From IMG/VR virus record IMGVR_UViG_3300021964_008599, positions 2,680-66,679 of that record: a stretch of DNA of 64,000 bases; one strand, given 5' to 3'. The notes under the pieces were generated by a model. It made no database searches. It was given only the letters and a program-made list of their open reading frames with translations, and was not told the DNA's origin. Numbering within the stretch: position 1 is the first letter of the stretch; every line of letters begins with the position of its first letter. Below are positions 51,013-60,026 of this stretch, one piece after another. This stretch comes from a virus. The position numbers and the translations under genes were made by a program.

Positions 51013-53031
51013 ATGATTGAATCAGTAGACCCTAATGAAAAAGGTGGACGTAAGTCCAAAGGAATGACCGACTCTAAAACACCTGTTTTGGATAACTTTG
51101 CACGTGACTTAATTAAACATGCTGAGGAAGGTAAATTAGACCCTGTGGTAGGTCGTGAGCGTGAGATTAATCGTATCGCACAAATTCTTTCACGTAGAAA
51201 GAAAAATAACCCCATTATTATCGGTGAACCAGGTGCTGGTAAAACAGCCATCGTTGAAGGTTTGGCAATGAAGATTTTTGAAGGTGATTGTCCTCAAAAC
51301 CTATGTGATAAAAGAATCGTATCTTTAGATATGACCTCTATTGTCGCTGGTACCAAATATCGTGGTCAATTTGAGGAACGTTTAAAGGTTATCTTGGATG
51401 AATTGTATGAAAACCCTGATATCATCGTGTTTATCGATGAAATTCATACCATCATCGGAGCTGGTAATTCATCGGGTTCATTAGATGCGTCCAACATCTT
51501 TAAACCAGCACTTGCTCGTGGTGAACTACAATGTATTGGAGCAACAACTCTTGATGAATACCGTGAGAACATCGAAAAAGACGGTGCACTTGAACGTAGG
51601 TTCCAAAAGGTTGTGGTTGATGGTGCAACTCCCGATGAAACGATGGAGATATTACAAAACTTAAAATCACGTTATGAGTCTCACCACAAAGTTTCGTATT
51701 CAGAAGAATCGTTAAAAGCTTGTGTGGCACTTGCTGACCGTTACATCACGGACCGTGAGTTCCCTGATAAAGCGATTGACATTTTGGACGAAGTGGGTGC
51801 ACGTGCACAAATTAATGTCAAACTTCCTGAAGTTATTGAAAAACTAAAAGAAGAGGCAAATCTCATCAAAGATGAAAAACTTAAAGTTGTAAAGTCTCAA
51901 CAGTATGAAAAGGCTGCAGAACTTCGTGATAAGGAAAAGAAGATTCTTAAAAAACTTGAGGACGAAAAGATTAGGTTTGAAGAGGAGAAAGATTCCGTTC
52001 GCAAACCTATCACTGAAGATATGGTCTATGAAGTTGTGGCAACAATGACCAAGATTCCTGTAAACAAATTAAACACAGACGATAAAGAATCTTTGTTGAA
52101 TTTGGAGGAAAACTTAAATAAATCAGTTATTGGTCAAGAACCTGCAGTTCAAGTCATCTCAAAAGCAATCCGTAGAAACCGTGTGGGTATTAAAGACCCT
52201 AACAGACCTATCGGTTCTTTTATCTTCTTAGGTTCAACGGGTATCGGTAAAACTCACTTGGCAAAACAACTGGCAAAAGAAATCTTCGGAGATGAAGACG
52301 CGTTAATCAGAATGGATATGAGTGAATACCAAGAGAAATACACCATGTCTCGTTTGATTGGTTCTCCTCCAGGGTATGTAGGTCACGACCAAGGGGGTCA
52401 ACTTACCGAGGCGGTGAAGAACAAACCTTACTCAGTAGTATTGTTTGACGAAATTGAAAAGGCCAACAAAGACATCTTTTCACTCCTCCTTCAAATGATG
52501 GATGATGGTCACCTAACGGACAGTTTTGGTAGAAAGATTAACTTCAGAAACTGTTTGATTATTATGACATCAAACTTAGGTGTTAAGAAACTTCAAGATT
52601 TTGGTACAGGTGTTGGTTTTGAAACCACAAACCGTATGTCAAATAATGAAGACATGAAAAAAGCACTTCTACAGAAAGAATTAAAGAACCACTTCACACC
52701 TGAGTTCCTTAACCGTGTCGATGAGGTTGTAGTCTTTAACCCACTTAAAGAAAATGAAGTATCACAAATTGTTGATATTGAATTGTTGAAGTTGACATCT
52801 CGTTTAGAGAAGATGAGGTACAACATCACTATTTCAGATAAGGTTAAAGAGTTTATCTCAAAGGTTGGTTTTGATGAGAAATACGGTGCACGTCCAATTA
52901 AAAGAGCGATTCAAGAAAAGATTGAAGACCTTATCTCTGAAGAAGTTTTACGAGGAACCATCACTGAAAATAAGTCTTTCGTTGTAGAGATGAAAGATGA
53001 AGAAGAATTAGAAATAAAAGAGGGGAAATAA
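51013..53031 (+). CDS. clpC: ClpC-like AAA+ unfoldase lacking the N-terminal Clp-repeat domain
   Basis: Two Walker A motifs ([16 protein letters not shown]), FIDEIH, UVR M-domain [24 protein letters not shown] ClpP loop, GARP. Confidence 0.93.
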   Translation: MIESVDPNEKGGRKSKGMTDSKTPVLDNFARDLIKHAEEGKLDPVVGREREINRIAQILSRRKKNNPIIIGEPGAGKTAIVEGLAMKIFEGDCPQNLCDKRIVSLDMTSIVAGTKYRGQFEERLKVILDELYENPDIIVFIDEIHTIIGAGNSSGSLDASNIFKPALARGELQCIGATTLDEYRENIEKDGALERRFQKVVVDGATPDETMEILQNLKSRYESHHKVSYSEESLKACVALADRYITDREFPDKAIDILDEVGARAQINVKLPEVIEKLKEEANLIKDEKLKVVKSQQYEKAAELRDKEKKILKKLEDEKIRFEEEKDSVRKPITEDMVYEVVATMTKIPVNKLNTDDKESLLNLEENLNKSVIGQEPAVQVISKAIRRNRVGIKDPNRPIGSFIFLGSTGIGKTHLAKQLAKEIFGDEDALIRMDMSEYQEKYTMSRLIGSPPGYVGHDQGGQLTEAVKNKPYSVVLFDEIEKANKDIFSLLLQMMDDGHLTDSFGRKINFRNCLIIMTSNLGVKKLQDFGTGVGFETTNRMSNNEDMKKALLQKELKNHFTPEFLNRVDEVVVFNPLKENEVSQIVDIELLKLTSRLEKMRYNITISDKVKEFISKVGFDEKYGARPIKRAIQEKIEDLISEEVLRGTITENKSFVVEMKDEEELEIKEGK

Positions 53032-53046
53032 TTTTCCCTTCTTTTT
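53017..53046 (+). terminator. Rho-independent terminator
   Basis: gggaaa-taat-tttccc core with flanking A and T runs. Confidence 0.6.
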
Positions 53047-53074
53047 GGAAATCAAAAATTAATTCTTATATTTG
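53044..53074 (+). promoter_or_regulatory. Bacteroidota-type -33/-7 promoter
   Basis: TTTG-N19-TATATTTG. Confidence 0.7.
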
Positions 53075-53092
53075 TAGACTAATATATAAACA

Positions 53093-54145
53093 ATGGATAA
53101 CAATCAACTCACCCGACTTAAGGAAGTCCTTTCGGTACCAACAAAAACTTACCAAGAGGATAATATGGTACAGTACTTACGCGACGTATTGGATGCAATG
53201 CCCGATGTAGAACACTATACCGATGATATGGGTAACGTATACGCCACGAAAGGTGTTCTTAATGAAGGTGAGTGTTATCCTATGTTTATTGCTCACACCG
53301 ACACTGTTCACGCACTTGTCGATGAAATCGTTGTTCGAGAAGAAACACTTGCCAAACCCAATACCTTTGGTCTAAAATTTGACGACCAAACATTCCTTTC
53401 TTTAAAAGGTTACACCCCTGATGGTGAACCTACAGGTATCGGTGGTGATGACAAGTGTGGGGTCTTCATAGCATTGGAACTTCTACGTACACTATCCAAA
53501 GTAAAAGTAGGGTTATTTGTATCTGAGGAAACAGGGTGTCACGGCTCCAGTAAATGTGACCCCAACTTCTTGAACGATGTGGGCTATGCAATACAATTTG
53601 ATGCACCTGGCAATGCTTTAATTACCGAGCTTTGTTCGGGAGTTCGATTGTATGAAAAAGATGGTGAGTTTATCAATAAACTTAAACCTATCTTTGAGCA
53701 GTCTATGGGTACTGTTTCTGATGAACAATCACACCCATTTACTGACGTATCACAAATTAAAAGGAAGGGAGATTTTAGTTGTATTAATTTCTCATGTGGG
53801 TATTACAACATGCACACAGTACAAGAATTCGTTGTTATTGATGATGTTAAACGAGCTCTTGAATTTGCTGAAAATGCCGTATCGTCTTTGGGTTACGTAA
53901 AATACCCTTACGAATACCAACAACCTACATGGAAGTCGTATGGAGATTTGTTTGATATTGATGACTTTGATGATGACTTTTCAGAAGACAAAATCGACAT
54001 GGAACGACTAATCGTCACCACCTCAGACGAAGGTATGACCATCGAATCAAAATTTAGTGGAGATTTGATTGAGTTGGATGATGAAGAAATGTTGGACATC
54101 TATGAGGCCATTAAAAGCCACCTAATGTCAAAATACACACACTAA
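53093..54145 (+). CDS. M20/M28/M42-family metallopeptidase
   Basis: AHTDTVH, GGDDKCG, SEETGCHGS, QFD, GYYNMHT. Confidence 0.9.
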   Translation: MDNNQLTRLKEVLSVPTKTYQEDNMVQYLRDVLDAMPDVEHYTDDMGNVYATKGVLNEGECYPMFIAHTDTVHALVDEIVVREETLAKPNTFGLKFDDQTFLSLKGYTPDGEPTGIGGDDKCGVFIALELLRTLSKVKVGLFVSEETGCHGSSKCDPNFLNDVGYAIQFDAPGNALITELCSGVRLYEKDGEFINKLKPIFEQSMGTVSDEQSHPFTDVSQIKRKGDFSCINFSCGYYNMHTVQEFVVIDDVKRALEFAENAVSSLGYVKYPYEYQQPTWKSYGDLFDIDDFDDDFSEDKIDMERLIVTTSDEGMTIESKFSGDLIELDDEEMLDIYEAIKSHLMSKYTH

Positions 54146-56046
54146 TCCTCAAAAGGGTCAAACAATTGATAGTTCGACATTAACTGTTGGATTGTCGATA
54201 GTTTGGCCTTTCCTTTTTTAAATCCGTAGTTGTCACCTCTTCGGGTAAGTTCAAAAACTATTTTATTATCGGTAGGGTCTACACTCTTAAACCTTATTTC
54301 CACATTACCGCCAGCAGTTTCAACAGGTATCCTTTCGTCAAATTCATATTTGTTGCTTATGAACGTATAAATTCTTTTATATTCTTCCAAGTCTGAGTAT
54401 TCATCAGAATCTTCAAGTTTCTCTAATAAAGTATCTAATGCAGAATCCATATCTGAATTAAAGTGGTATTCAAATGTTTCATCATCTCTAACCTCATACG
54501 CCATTTCACGAGGTTCACGAATATCAAATGAAACTCTACCAGGTATTACAACGGTTTTTAATAATTGGTCTAAAGTTAAACCTGAAAACGATTCTAAATC
54601 GTCCTCATAAAATTCTATTAGGTTATCTATTGGAATCCTATACGATGAGAAACAATCACCATTTTTTTCCATACCTATGGGTGAATACACTTCACACGCT
54701 TCTTCACTTATTGCGTTTTTAACACCAACTTTCATAGATTCATCCTCAGCTGTGGAATATGCATATGAAAAATCATCAATAAATCTACTATCAAAATTTA
54801 ATAAGTACTTACCTATTTTAGACTCACAACCATCACTAATTTTTAAATTGTAAAGGTCATAAAAATCTTTTTCATCATTACCTTTATGTATGAATTTTTG
54901 TAAATTATCTTTATTCATTTTAGGTATTGTGGCTTTAAAACAATTGATTAATTCACTTCCTGAAAGTTTTATAATTTCTCGTAACTTTTTTAAATGGTCT
55001 TGAGTTAACACATTTAATGGGTAACCTTCACGCATATCATCATCGAAGTTATAAGCATCATAATACATACTATCATAACCATACGGTGTATCGATGGCAT
55101 ATTCAACATCTTTTAATTCGTATTCGTCAACCTCTTCAACAAATAAGCTTAAATAATCCGCAACGTCATCAAATTGGAAATAAACATAATCTTGGTCCAT
55201 CTTATAAAAATAATCGGCAGATAAAACTTGATTCAAATCTTTACGGTTACCTGATTTGGCATTTTTTAGTTTTTCGTAATCATCGTCACCTTTAACCAAC
55301 TTTTTGATGATGTCAGTCAACGGTTCAAAACGTTGTATTAAAGTATCCAAAGACCTGATAGAATCTTTTTGGTCGTAGACTTCAGTGTTTCCATTATGTC
55401 GAACAAACAACGCCATTTTCCCCCATATGTTATCACTACTCTTCTTATCTATAATATAAAATAAAGAGCCTTCTTCACTGTACTTGTCAAAGTATCGGGT
55501 ATCGTCTTTTGTGGTGGTACACCATTTGGTATTTGCTCCATAATAACAAGATGCATTGTGACTGAAAGGACGCAATATTAAAAATCTTTCGTCTTCATAG
55601 ATTTTTTCAACGTCTTTTTTGGCTTCGGTTTCTTTTTCTACCTCAATCTTTCTTTTACGAACACCGTTTAATACCGCTTGTAGTGCCCAAATTGTATCGT
55701 ATTTGTAAATGTCTTTTGGTCCTGACTTAATTCTATCAGGTTTAACTAAACTTGATAACGTGGCAGCATAATCAATATCTTCTGGTGTTATTGATGAAGA
55801 TGTTTTATGAAAATTTTCAATAATCTCAATAAACAGATTTACATTGTCGGCGATAGAATGAGTTAATCGGTCACCCAATCCAATCATTTGTTTAATCATC
55901 CACTCAGAATACTTTTTTGTCGATGAAGGGTCACCGTCAATAAGTTTTTCCAATAAATGAGTTGCGTCTTCAAAGGTGTCTTCATCTTTATATTTGTCGA
56001 TAAGATTTTCCTTTTTACCCTCAAGTAGTAAGTTGATGAATTTCAT
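54142..56046 (-). CDS. Hypothetical large-phage protein (ASCYYGANTKWCT motif)
   Basis: 634 aa ORF; TATTTAT motif upstream. Confidence 0.75.
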   Translation of the reverse strand: MKFINLLLEGKKENLIDKYKDEDTFEDATHLLEKLIDGDPSSTKKYSEWMIKQMIGLGDRLTHSIADNVNLFIEIIENFHKTSSSITPEDIDYAATLSSLVKPDRIKSGPKDIYKYDTIWALQAVLNGVRKRKIEVEKETEAKKDVEKIYEDERFLILRPFSHNASCYYGANTKWCTTTKDDTRYFDKYSEEGSLFYIIDKKSSDNIWGKMALFVRHNGNTEVYDQKDSIRSLDTLIQRFEPLTDIIKKLVKGDDDYEKLKNAKSGNRKDLNQVLSADYFYKMDQDYVYFQFDDVADYLSLFVEEVDEYELKDVEYAIDTPYGYDSMYYDAYNFDDDMREGYPLNVLTQDHLKKLREIIKLSGSELINCFKATIPKMNKDNLQKFIHKGNDEKDFYDLYNLKISDGCESKIGKYLLNFDSRFIDDFSYAYSTAEDESMKVGVKNAISEEACEVYSPIGMEKNGDCFSSYRIPIDNLIEFYEDDLESFSGLTLDQLLKTVVIPGRVSFDIREPREMAYEVRDDETFEYHFNSDMDSALDTLLEKLEDSDEYSDLEEYKRIYTFISNKYEFDERIPVETAGGNVEIRFKSVDPTDNKIVFELTRRGDNYGFKKGKAKLSTIQQLMSNYQLFDPFED

Positions 56047-56051
56047 AAAAA

Positions 56052-56112
56052 CTTTTACTATAAATACTTGACTGTTTGGATAATTAACAAATAAGCCTTA
56101 TATTTGTAGTAT
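56052..56112. repeat. 61-bp direct repeat copy 1 (bidirectional promoter cassette)
   Basis: Identical to 57509-57569. Confidence 0.95.
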
Positions 56113-56140
56113 GAATAAAAATAAACTAATAAAGAACATA

Positions 56141-56347
56141 ATGAAGAATCTATTTTTACCGATGTTAGTGTTATTACTAATTGTTTCTTGTACTACTAAA
56201 AACAACTCGACTATTAGTAAATCGAAAAGTAATGATACCACTAACCAAACCATCATTTTAGTTAATGACACCCCAAGAGTAGTAATTGATACCGTGGCAG
56301 TACTTAATGATGATGGGACTGTTGAATATTTTTATACTTACAAATAG
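56141..56347 (+). CDS. Small lipoprotein
   Basis: MKNLFLPMLVLLLIVS-C lipobox; alternative start at 56111. Confidence 0.7.
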   Translation: MKNLFLPMLVLLLIVSCTTKNNSTISKSKSNDTTNQTIILVNDTPRVVIDTVAVLNDDGTVEYFYTYK

Positions 56348-56356
56348 AAATACAAT

Positions 56357-57499
56357 CTATTTCCCTAATTCGTAATTACCCTGATTAGTTTTTTTGGTTG
56401 CTCTTCCACCTCCAGTGGCCTTTCCATAGTTAACACCGTTTATGTGACCATCCAAACCTCTACCTATCGGTAAATAAGTTTTTGGTTTAACTTGACTTAA
56501 AAACGATTCAGACTTTTCAGGGTAATTTTCATCCAAATATATTTTAATTCGTTTTTTATACTCATCTACGATAAATTTAGCAATATCATTATTAAATTTT
56601 TCATATATTTTTTGATAGTAATTTTCATTATAGTTACCTGATTTTAAATCTGAATTTTTTAATTTTGGTAACTTAGATAAATACGATTGAATCGATTGTG
56701 TATTAATCTCTCCTAATTTTTTTCTATCGTAATCTTTGTCTGCAAAATTTTTGTCTAACGATTCAATAAATTTCACAATACTACCTGCTATTTGTGTACT
56801 ATTTTGACCTATCAATTTTTTGTACATATCATCCTTACTCTTAAAACCAGGATAGTTAGATTTAGAATTAGTAATAATGAAAGATGCAATATATCTAGCA
56901 ATACCGTTAAATGTGGATTGAGTATTGTTAATTTTAGATGGGTTCCAACTAACCATACGACTTTCTCTTTTTTCACTACTCATACTTATAATCACCCTGT
57001 TTGGCATTTTTTCAGTTGTATCTGTTTTCATCGCCCTTGCCAATGCTAATAATCCATTTTGACAACCAATTATTCTTGTGACTTTATAGATAATATCACC
57101 GTCTTTATAATATATGTCAGCATTAATACTTCCAGATTTATTTAGTTTATAAATTTTACTCTTACCCGCACGTTTATCTTTAGTATTTACAGGTGTAACA
57201 TAAAATTGAATAAAATCACCTAATTTAGCATCTGAAGGAGTTGATAATTCAGTAAATAAAGATAAATCTTTTGTTTCTACAAATGTTTTTCTTGCTTTCG
57301 GCCATCCTCTTAATTCCCAAAAATTTTTGTAATTACTTTCATTGGCTTTTAATCCGTATTGTGTTAGTACCTTTGGATTAACTATTCTTTCAGGGCTAGT
57401 ACTACCTTGGATGGTTTCAAACCCACTTTGTTCATTTAAAATATTTCTCACAATTTTCTGAACATCAGATTCAGTCAAACGTATAATTTTCTTTGCCAT
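56357..57499 (-). CDS. Hypothetical protein with conserved N-terminal leader
   Basis: MAKKIIRLTESDVQKIVRNILNEQ... Confidence 0.8.
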   Translation of the reverse strand: MAKKIIRLTESDVQKIVRNILNEQSGFETIQGSTSPERIVNPKVLTQYGLKANESNYKNFWELRGWPKARKTFVETKDLSLFTELSTPSDAKLGDFIQFYVTPVNTKDKRAGKSKIYKLNKSGSINADIYYKDGDIIYKVTRIIGCQNGLLALARAMKTDTTEKMPNRVIISMSSEKRESRMVSWNPSKINNTQSTFNGIARYIASFIITNSKSNYPGFKSKDDMYKKLIGQNSTQIAGSIVKFIESLDKNFADKDYDRKKLGEINTQSIQSYLSKLPKLKNSDLKSGNYNENYYQKIYEKFNNDIAKFIVDEYKKRIKIYLDENYPEKSESFLSQVKPKTYLPIGRGLDGHINGVNYGKATGGGRATKKTNQGNYELGK

Positions 57500-57508
57500 C
57501 TTTAAAAT

Positions 57509-57569
57509 CTTTTACTATAAATACTTGACTGTTTGGATAATTAACAAATAAGCCTTATATTTGTAGTAT
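57509..57569. repeat. 61-bp direct repeat copy 2 (bidirectional promoter cassette)
   Basis: Identical to 56052-56112. Confidence 0.95.
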
Positions 57570-58109
57570 ATGAAACGAATAGTCAACATAATCTTACTGG
57601 TCTTATTATCAACACCTGTTTTTTCTCAGGGTTTTAATGACTCTATTATGAATCATGTTTTATACGATATGGTTGTTGACTACACAATGAAAAGAGATAC
57701 TACTGTAAATTTATACTTTACAGAAGTTGGTGCTGAATTACATAGTAAACATTCTGTAGAATATATGAGAACTAATGGGGTAAGACACATGCCCTCACAC
57801 AGTTACATAGGCAGTTTACCTAATAACGAAGCAATGATGATTTTAAATGATATTGGTTTGGATACCACAGAATTTCGTTATGTTGGTCGGTGTGAGATAT
57901 TAGCCCGAATACCAATACGAGGTGAAACTACTTATCAAAAAGTGGCACAGATAGCTCTTAACGGTTGGTTGAACTCAAATGGTCACATGGGAACGATAAA
58001 AAACATGGGTGTATATAACCATAACTTCGCATTAGGTATAAGTTCAAGTTATAATGAAAAGACACGAAGTATAGATATTGCACTAACAAGTTTTGGTCTA
58101 CATAAATAA
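57570..58109 (+). CDS. Secreted CAP/SCP-like domain protein
   Basis: Signal peptide MKRIVNIILLVLLSTPVFSQ; HS.EYM...H, EIL, GWLNSNGH motifs. Confidence 0.65.
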   Translation: MKRIVNIILLVLLSTPVFSQGFNDSIMNHVLYDMVVDYTMKRDTTVNLYFTEVGAELHSKHSVEYMRTNGVRHMPSHSYIGSLPNNEAMMILNDIGLDTTEFRYVGRCEILARIPIRGETTYQKVAQIALNGWLNSNGHMGTIKNMGVYNHNFALGISSSYNEKTRSIDIALTSFGLHK

Positions 58110-58136
58110 AAAAATCCTCGTTATGAGGATTTTTTA
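58108..58136. terminator. Bidirectional terminator
   Basis: aaaaaatcctc-gttat-gaggatttttt. Confidence 0.85.
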
Positions 58137-59363
58137 TTAGTTTCGTATAGTTTCTGTATACTTTGGAATATTAAAAGTAATTCTTCTGTTTGGTTGAGTG
58201 TCTTTTGGTTTTGTCGGTTTTTCTTTTGACCATGCAGGTCCAAATTTACTTGTCTCACCATGACCCTTACTTTTGATAGTAACATTAATACCAAAACTAT
58301 TAAATATTTCTTGTAAATCCTCAGCAACTTTCTTAGCTCTTTCTTCAGATAGACATAAATTATACTGACCTCTTGTTCCGTCACCATATCCTCTACACCC
58401 ACTGAATTTTCCTTGAACTTTCTCATTAGGGTCATTATCACGAGACGCAAAACCGTTTACTACTAAATTTTGTTTTTGTAAAAATTCTTTAAATCCTTTA
58501 AGACCTGTCAATCCATCATTTAAATCAGATTTGAATTTTACCAAAACTTCTTGATAACCTGAAGGGTCATTCATATCGATAGTATCAAACTTAAATACGT
58601 CAACCAAATCTAATTTAATATTTTCTGATGCAAATTCAGGAGTTACTGTTTCACCTTCATCACCAAAGTTTACAAGACCAACCTCGTCTAAATACAATCC
58701 TATAGAACCCATTTCAATTTCTATAAAGAATCTATTGCGTCCCCAAGCCATTGGATGTCCATTAAAAAAATCCATTAAAGGTATCTTTGTATTAAATCCC
58801 CAAAACTTATCATTGGACTTAAGTTTTTTTCTTCTAGCATTTATACTCTTTTTACCCTTTCTACTTGCATTGGACTTGTCATATTGAAATAACTTAAAAC
58901 TTGGTATACCATCTATATTTTTTAATGGTCCCATTAATAAAGAAATTTTCATATTATCCATTTGGTCTTTTATTTCAGGATGTAACGATATTAATTTCTT
59001 GAAATTAGAATTATTACCAATTATTTCATCATAATAATTCTTTAATTCTACACTCCCAAGGTCAAAAGGACGTTTAACAATAACTAAATTACCTTTATCT
59101 TGATAATAAAGAAATGGTTTATTAAATGTCACATTTCCTTCTTTATCTGTTATCTCTATATTAGGGTTTCCATTTGGACCTGCTACAGGTTGTATAAACA
59201 AATTTTCATTAAAAATCTCTGTTTGTTTTTCTTTCATGAATGATTGTATTTTTTTATTCAATTCATTCAAAACCTCAGTATCGTTCATTCCCTGTTCAGA
59301 AATTATTTTCTTTACAATTTTTTCAATATCGGCTTCTGTTAACCTTATAACTTTCTTTCCCAT
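58137..59363 (-). CDS. Leader-bearing protein with C-terminal OmpA-like domain
   Basis: MGKKVIRLTEADIEKIVKKIISEQ; FKFD, VNGFAS, YNLCLSEERAKKV, GHGET, NRRITF. Confidence 0.8.
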   Translation of the reverse strand: MGKKVIRLTEADIEKIVKKIISEQGMNDTEVLNELNKKIQSFMKEKQTEIFNENLFIQPVAGPNGNPNIEITDKEGNVTFNKPFLYYQDKGNLVIVKRPFDLGSVELKNYYDEIIGNNSNFKKLISLHPEIKDQMDNMKISLLMGPLKNIDGIPSFKLFQYDKSNASRKGKKSINARRKKLKSNDKFWGFNTKIPLMDFFNGHPMAWGRNRFFIEIEMGSIGLYLDEVGLVNFGDEGETVTPEFASENIKLDLVDVFKFDTIDMNDPSGYQEVLVKFKSDLNDGLTGLKGFKEFLQKQNLVVNGFASRDNDPNEKVQGKFSGCRGYGDGTRGQYNLCLSEERAKKVAEDLQEIFNSFGINVTIKSKGHGETSKFGPAWSKEKPTKPKDTQPNRRITFNIPKYTETIRN

Positions 59364-59389
59364 TACAGTAATATTTTTATTATAAATAG

Positions 59390-59420
59390 TTTGACAGAGA
59401 AAAAAAACTATTTATATTTG
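59390..59420 (+). promoter_or_regulatory. Bacteroidota-type -33/-7 promoter for the ncRNA/tmRNA
   Basis: TTTG-N19-TATATTTG. Confidence 0.7.
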
Positions 59421-59513
59421 TATAAGAAATCACGGGTGGCTCCCTTAACAGTCAAGGCTGACCTTGAGCATCTGACCAAAAGTCTATACAGGGGGCGAAA
59501 GTGATTTCTTATA
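59421..59513 (+). ncRNA. Unidentified structured RNA upstream of tmRNA
   Basis: Perfect 13-bp closing stem, inner 7-bp stem and 6-bp hairpin; GC-rich island in an AT-rich intergenic region. Confidence 0.55.
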
Positions 59514-59528
59514 GTTCTTTGAAAATAT

Positions 59529-59922
59529 GGGGGTGAATGGAATTGATTGGCGTAGATAGTCATCGAGGGCACGCAGTGAGACGTTACCTATCACTTTAAT
59601 CTATGGTTGCAAATTTTAGCTGGCGAAACTATCGCAAAACTTCAGGCTGTGGGTCTTATCCGCACTGAAGAAGTAACTGTAGCGTAAGACGCAACAGTGA
59701 AACGGGTCGGTGGACATATAACCTTTGAACAGAAGTCTGTATATGGGAGTCACAGGTCAGAGCTCTCTTAAATAACTCTGAGACCAGGTTGTTTATTGGT
59801 TTGTTTCCCACACACATCAAACCATTTATTTCGGAATGTTGAGAATCAACATTGACCTAAGCGTGTAGTCCTTTATGGGTGATGCGAGCAAGACGCGGGT
59901 TCGAATCCCGCCACCTCCACCA
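59529..59922 (+). ncRNA. ssrA: tmRNA
   Basis: 5' GGGGGTG pairs with 3' CACCTCC-ACCA including G3:U; T-arm GCGGGTTCGAATCCCGC; internal tag ORF 59622-59687. Confidence 0.93.
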
Positions 59923-59925
59923 TTA

Positions 59926-59963
59926 ATGCCGATTAGAATTGATTTTTAATCGGCATTTCTTTT
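59926..59963 (+). terminator. Terminator after tmRNA
   Basis: atgccgatta...taatcggcat followed by a T-rich tail. Confidence 0.8.
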
Positions 59964-60026
59964 GCAGTTTAAAAAAAAGGCTTATCTTTGTATTGTAATC
60001 ATCAGTAAAGTATTAAAAACATCATC

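Noticed and set aside
58121-58450. Alternative-frame 109-aa ORF overlapping the OmpA-like gene
   Set aside because: Nested in another frame of a well-supported gene, with no own promoter or recognisable motif.
59421-59513. HDV-like/theta or hammerhead ribozyme identity for the structured RNA (GGCGAAAG, CTGA motifs)
   Set aside because: Could not build the required P1/P1.1/L3 or CUGANGA core by eye; left as unidentified.
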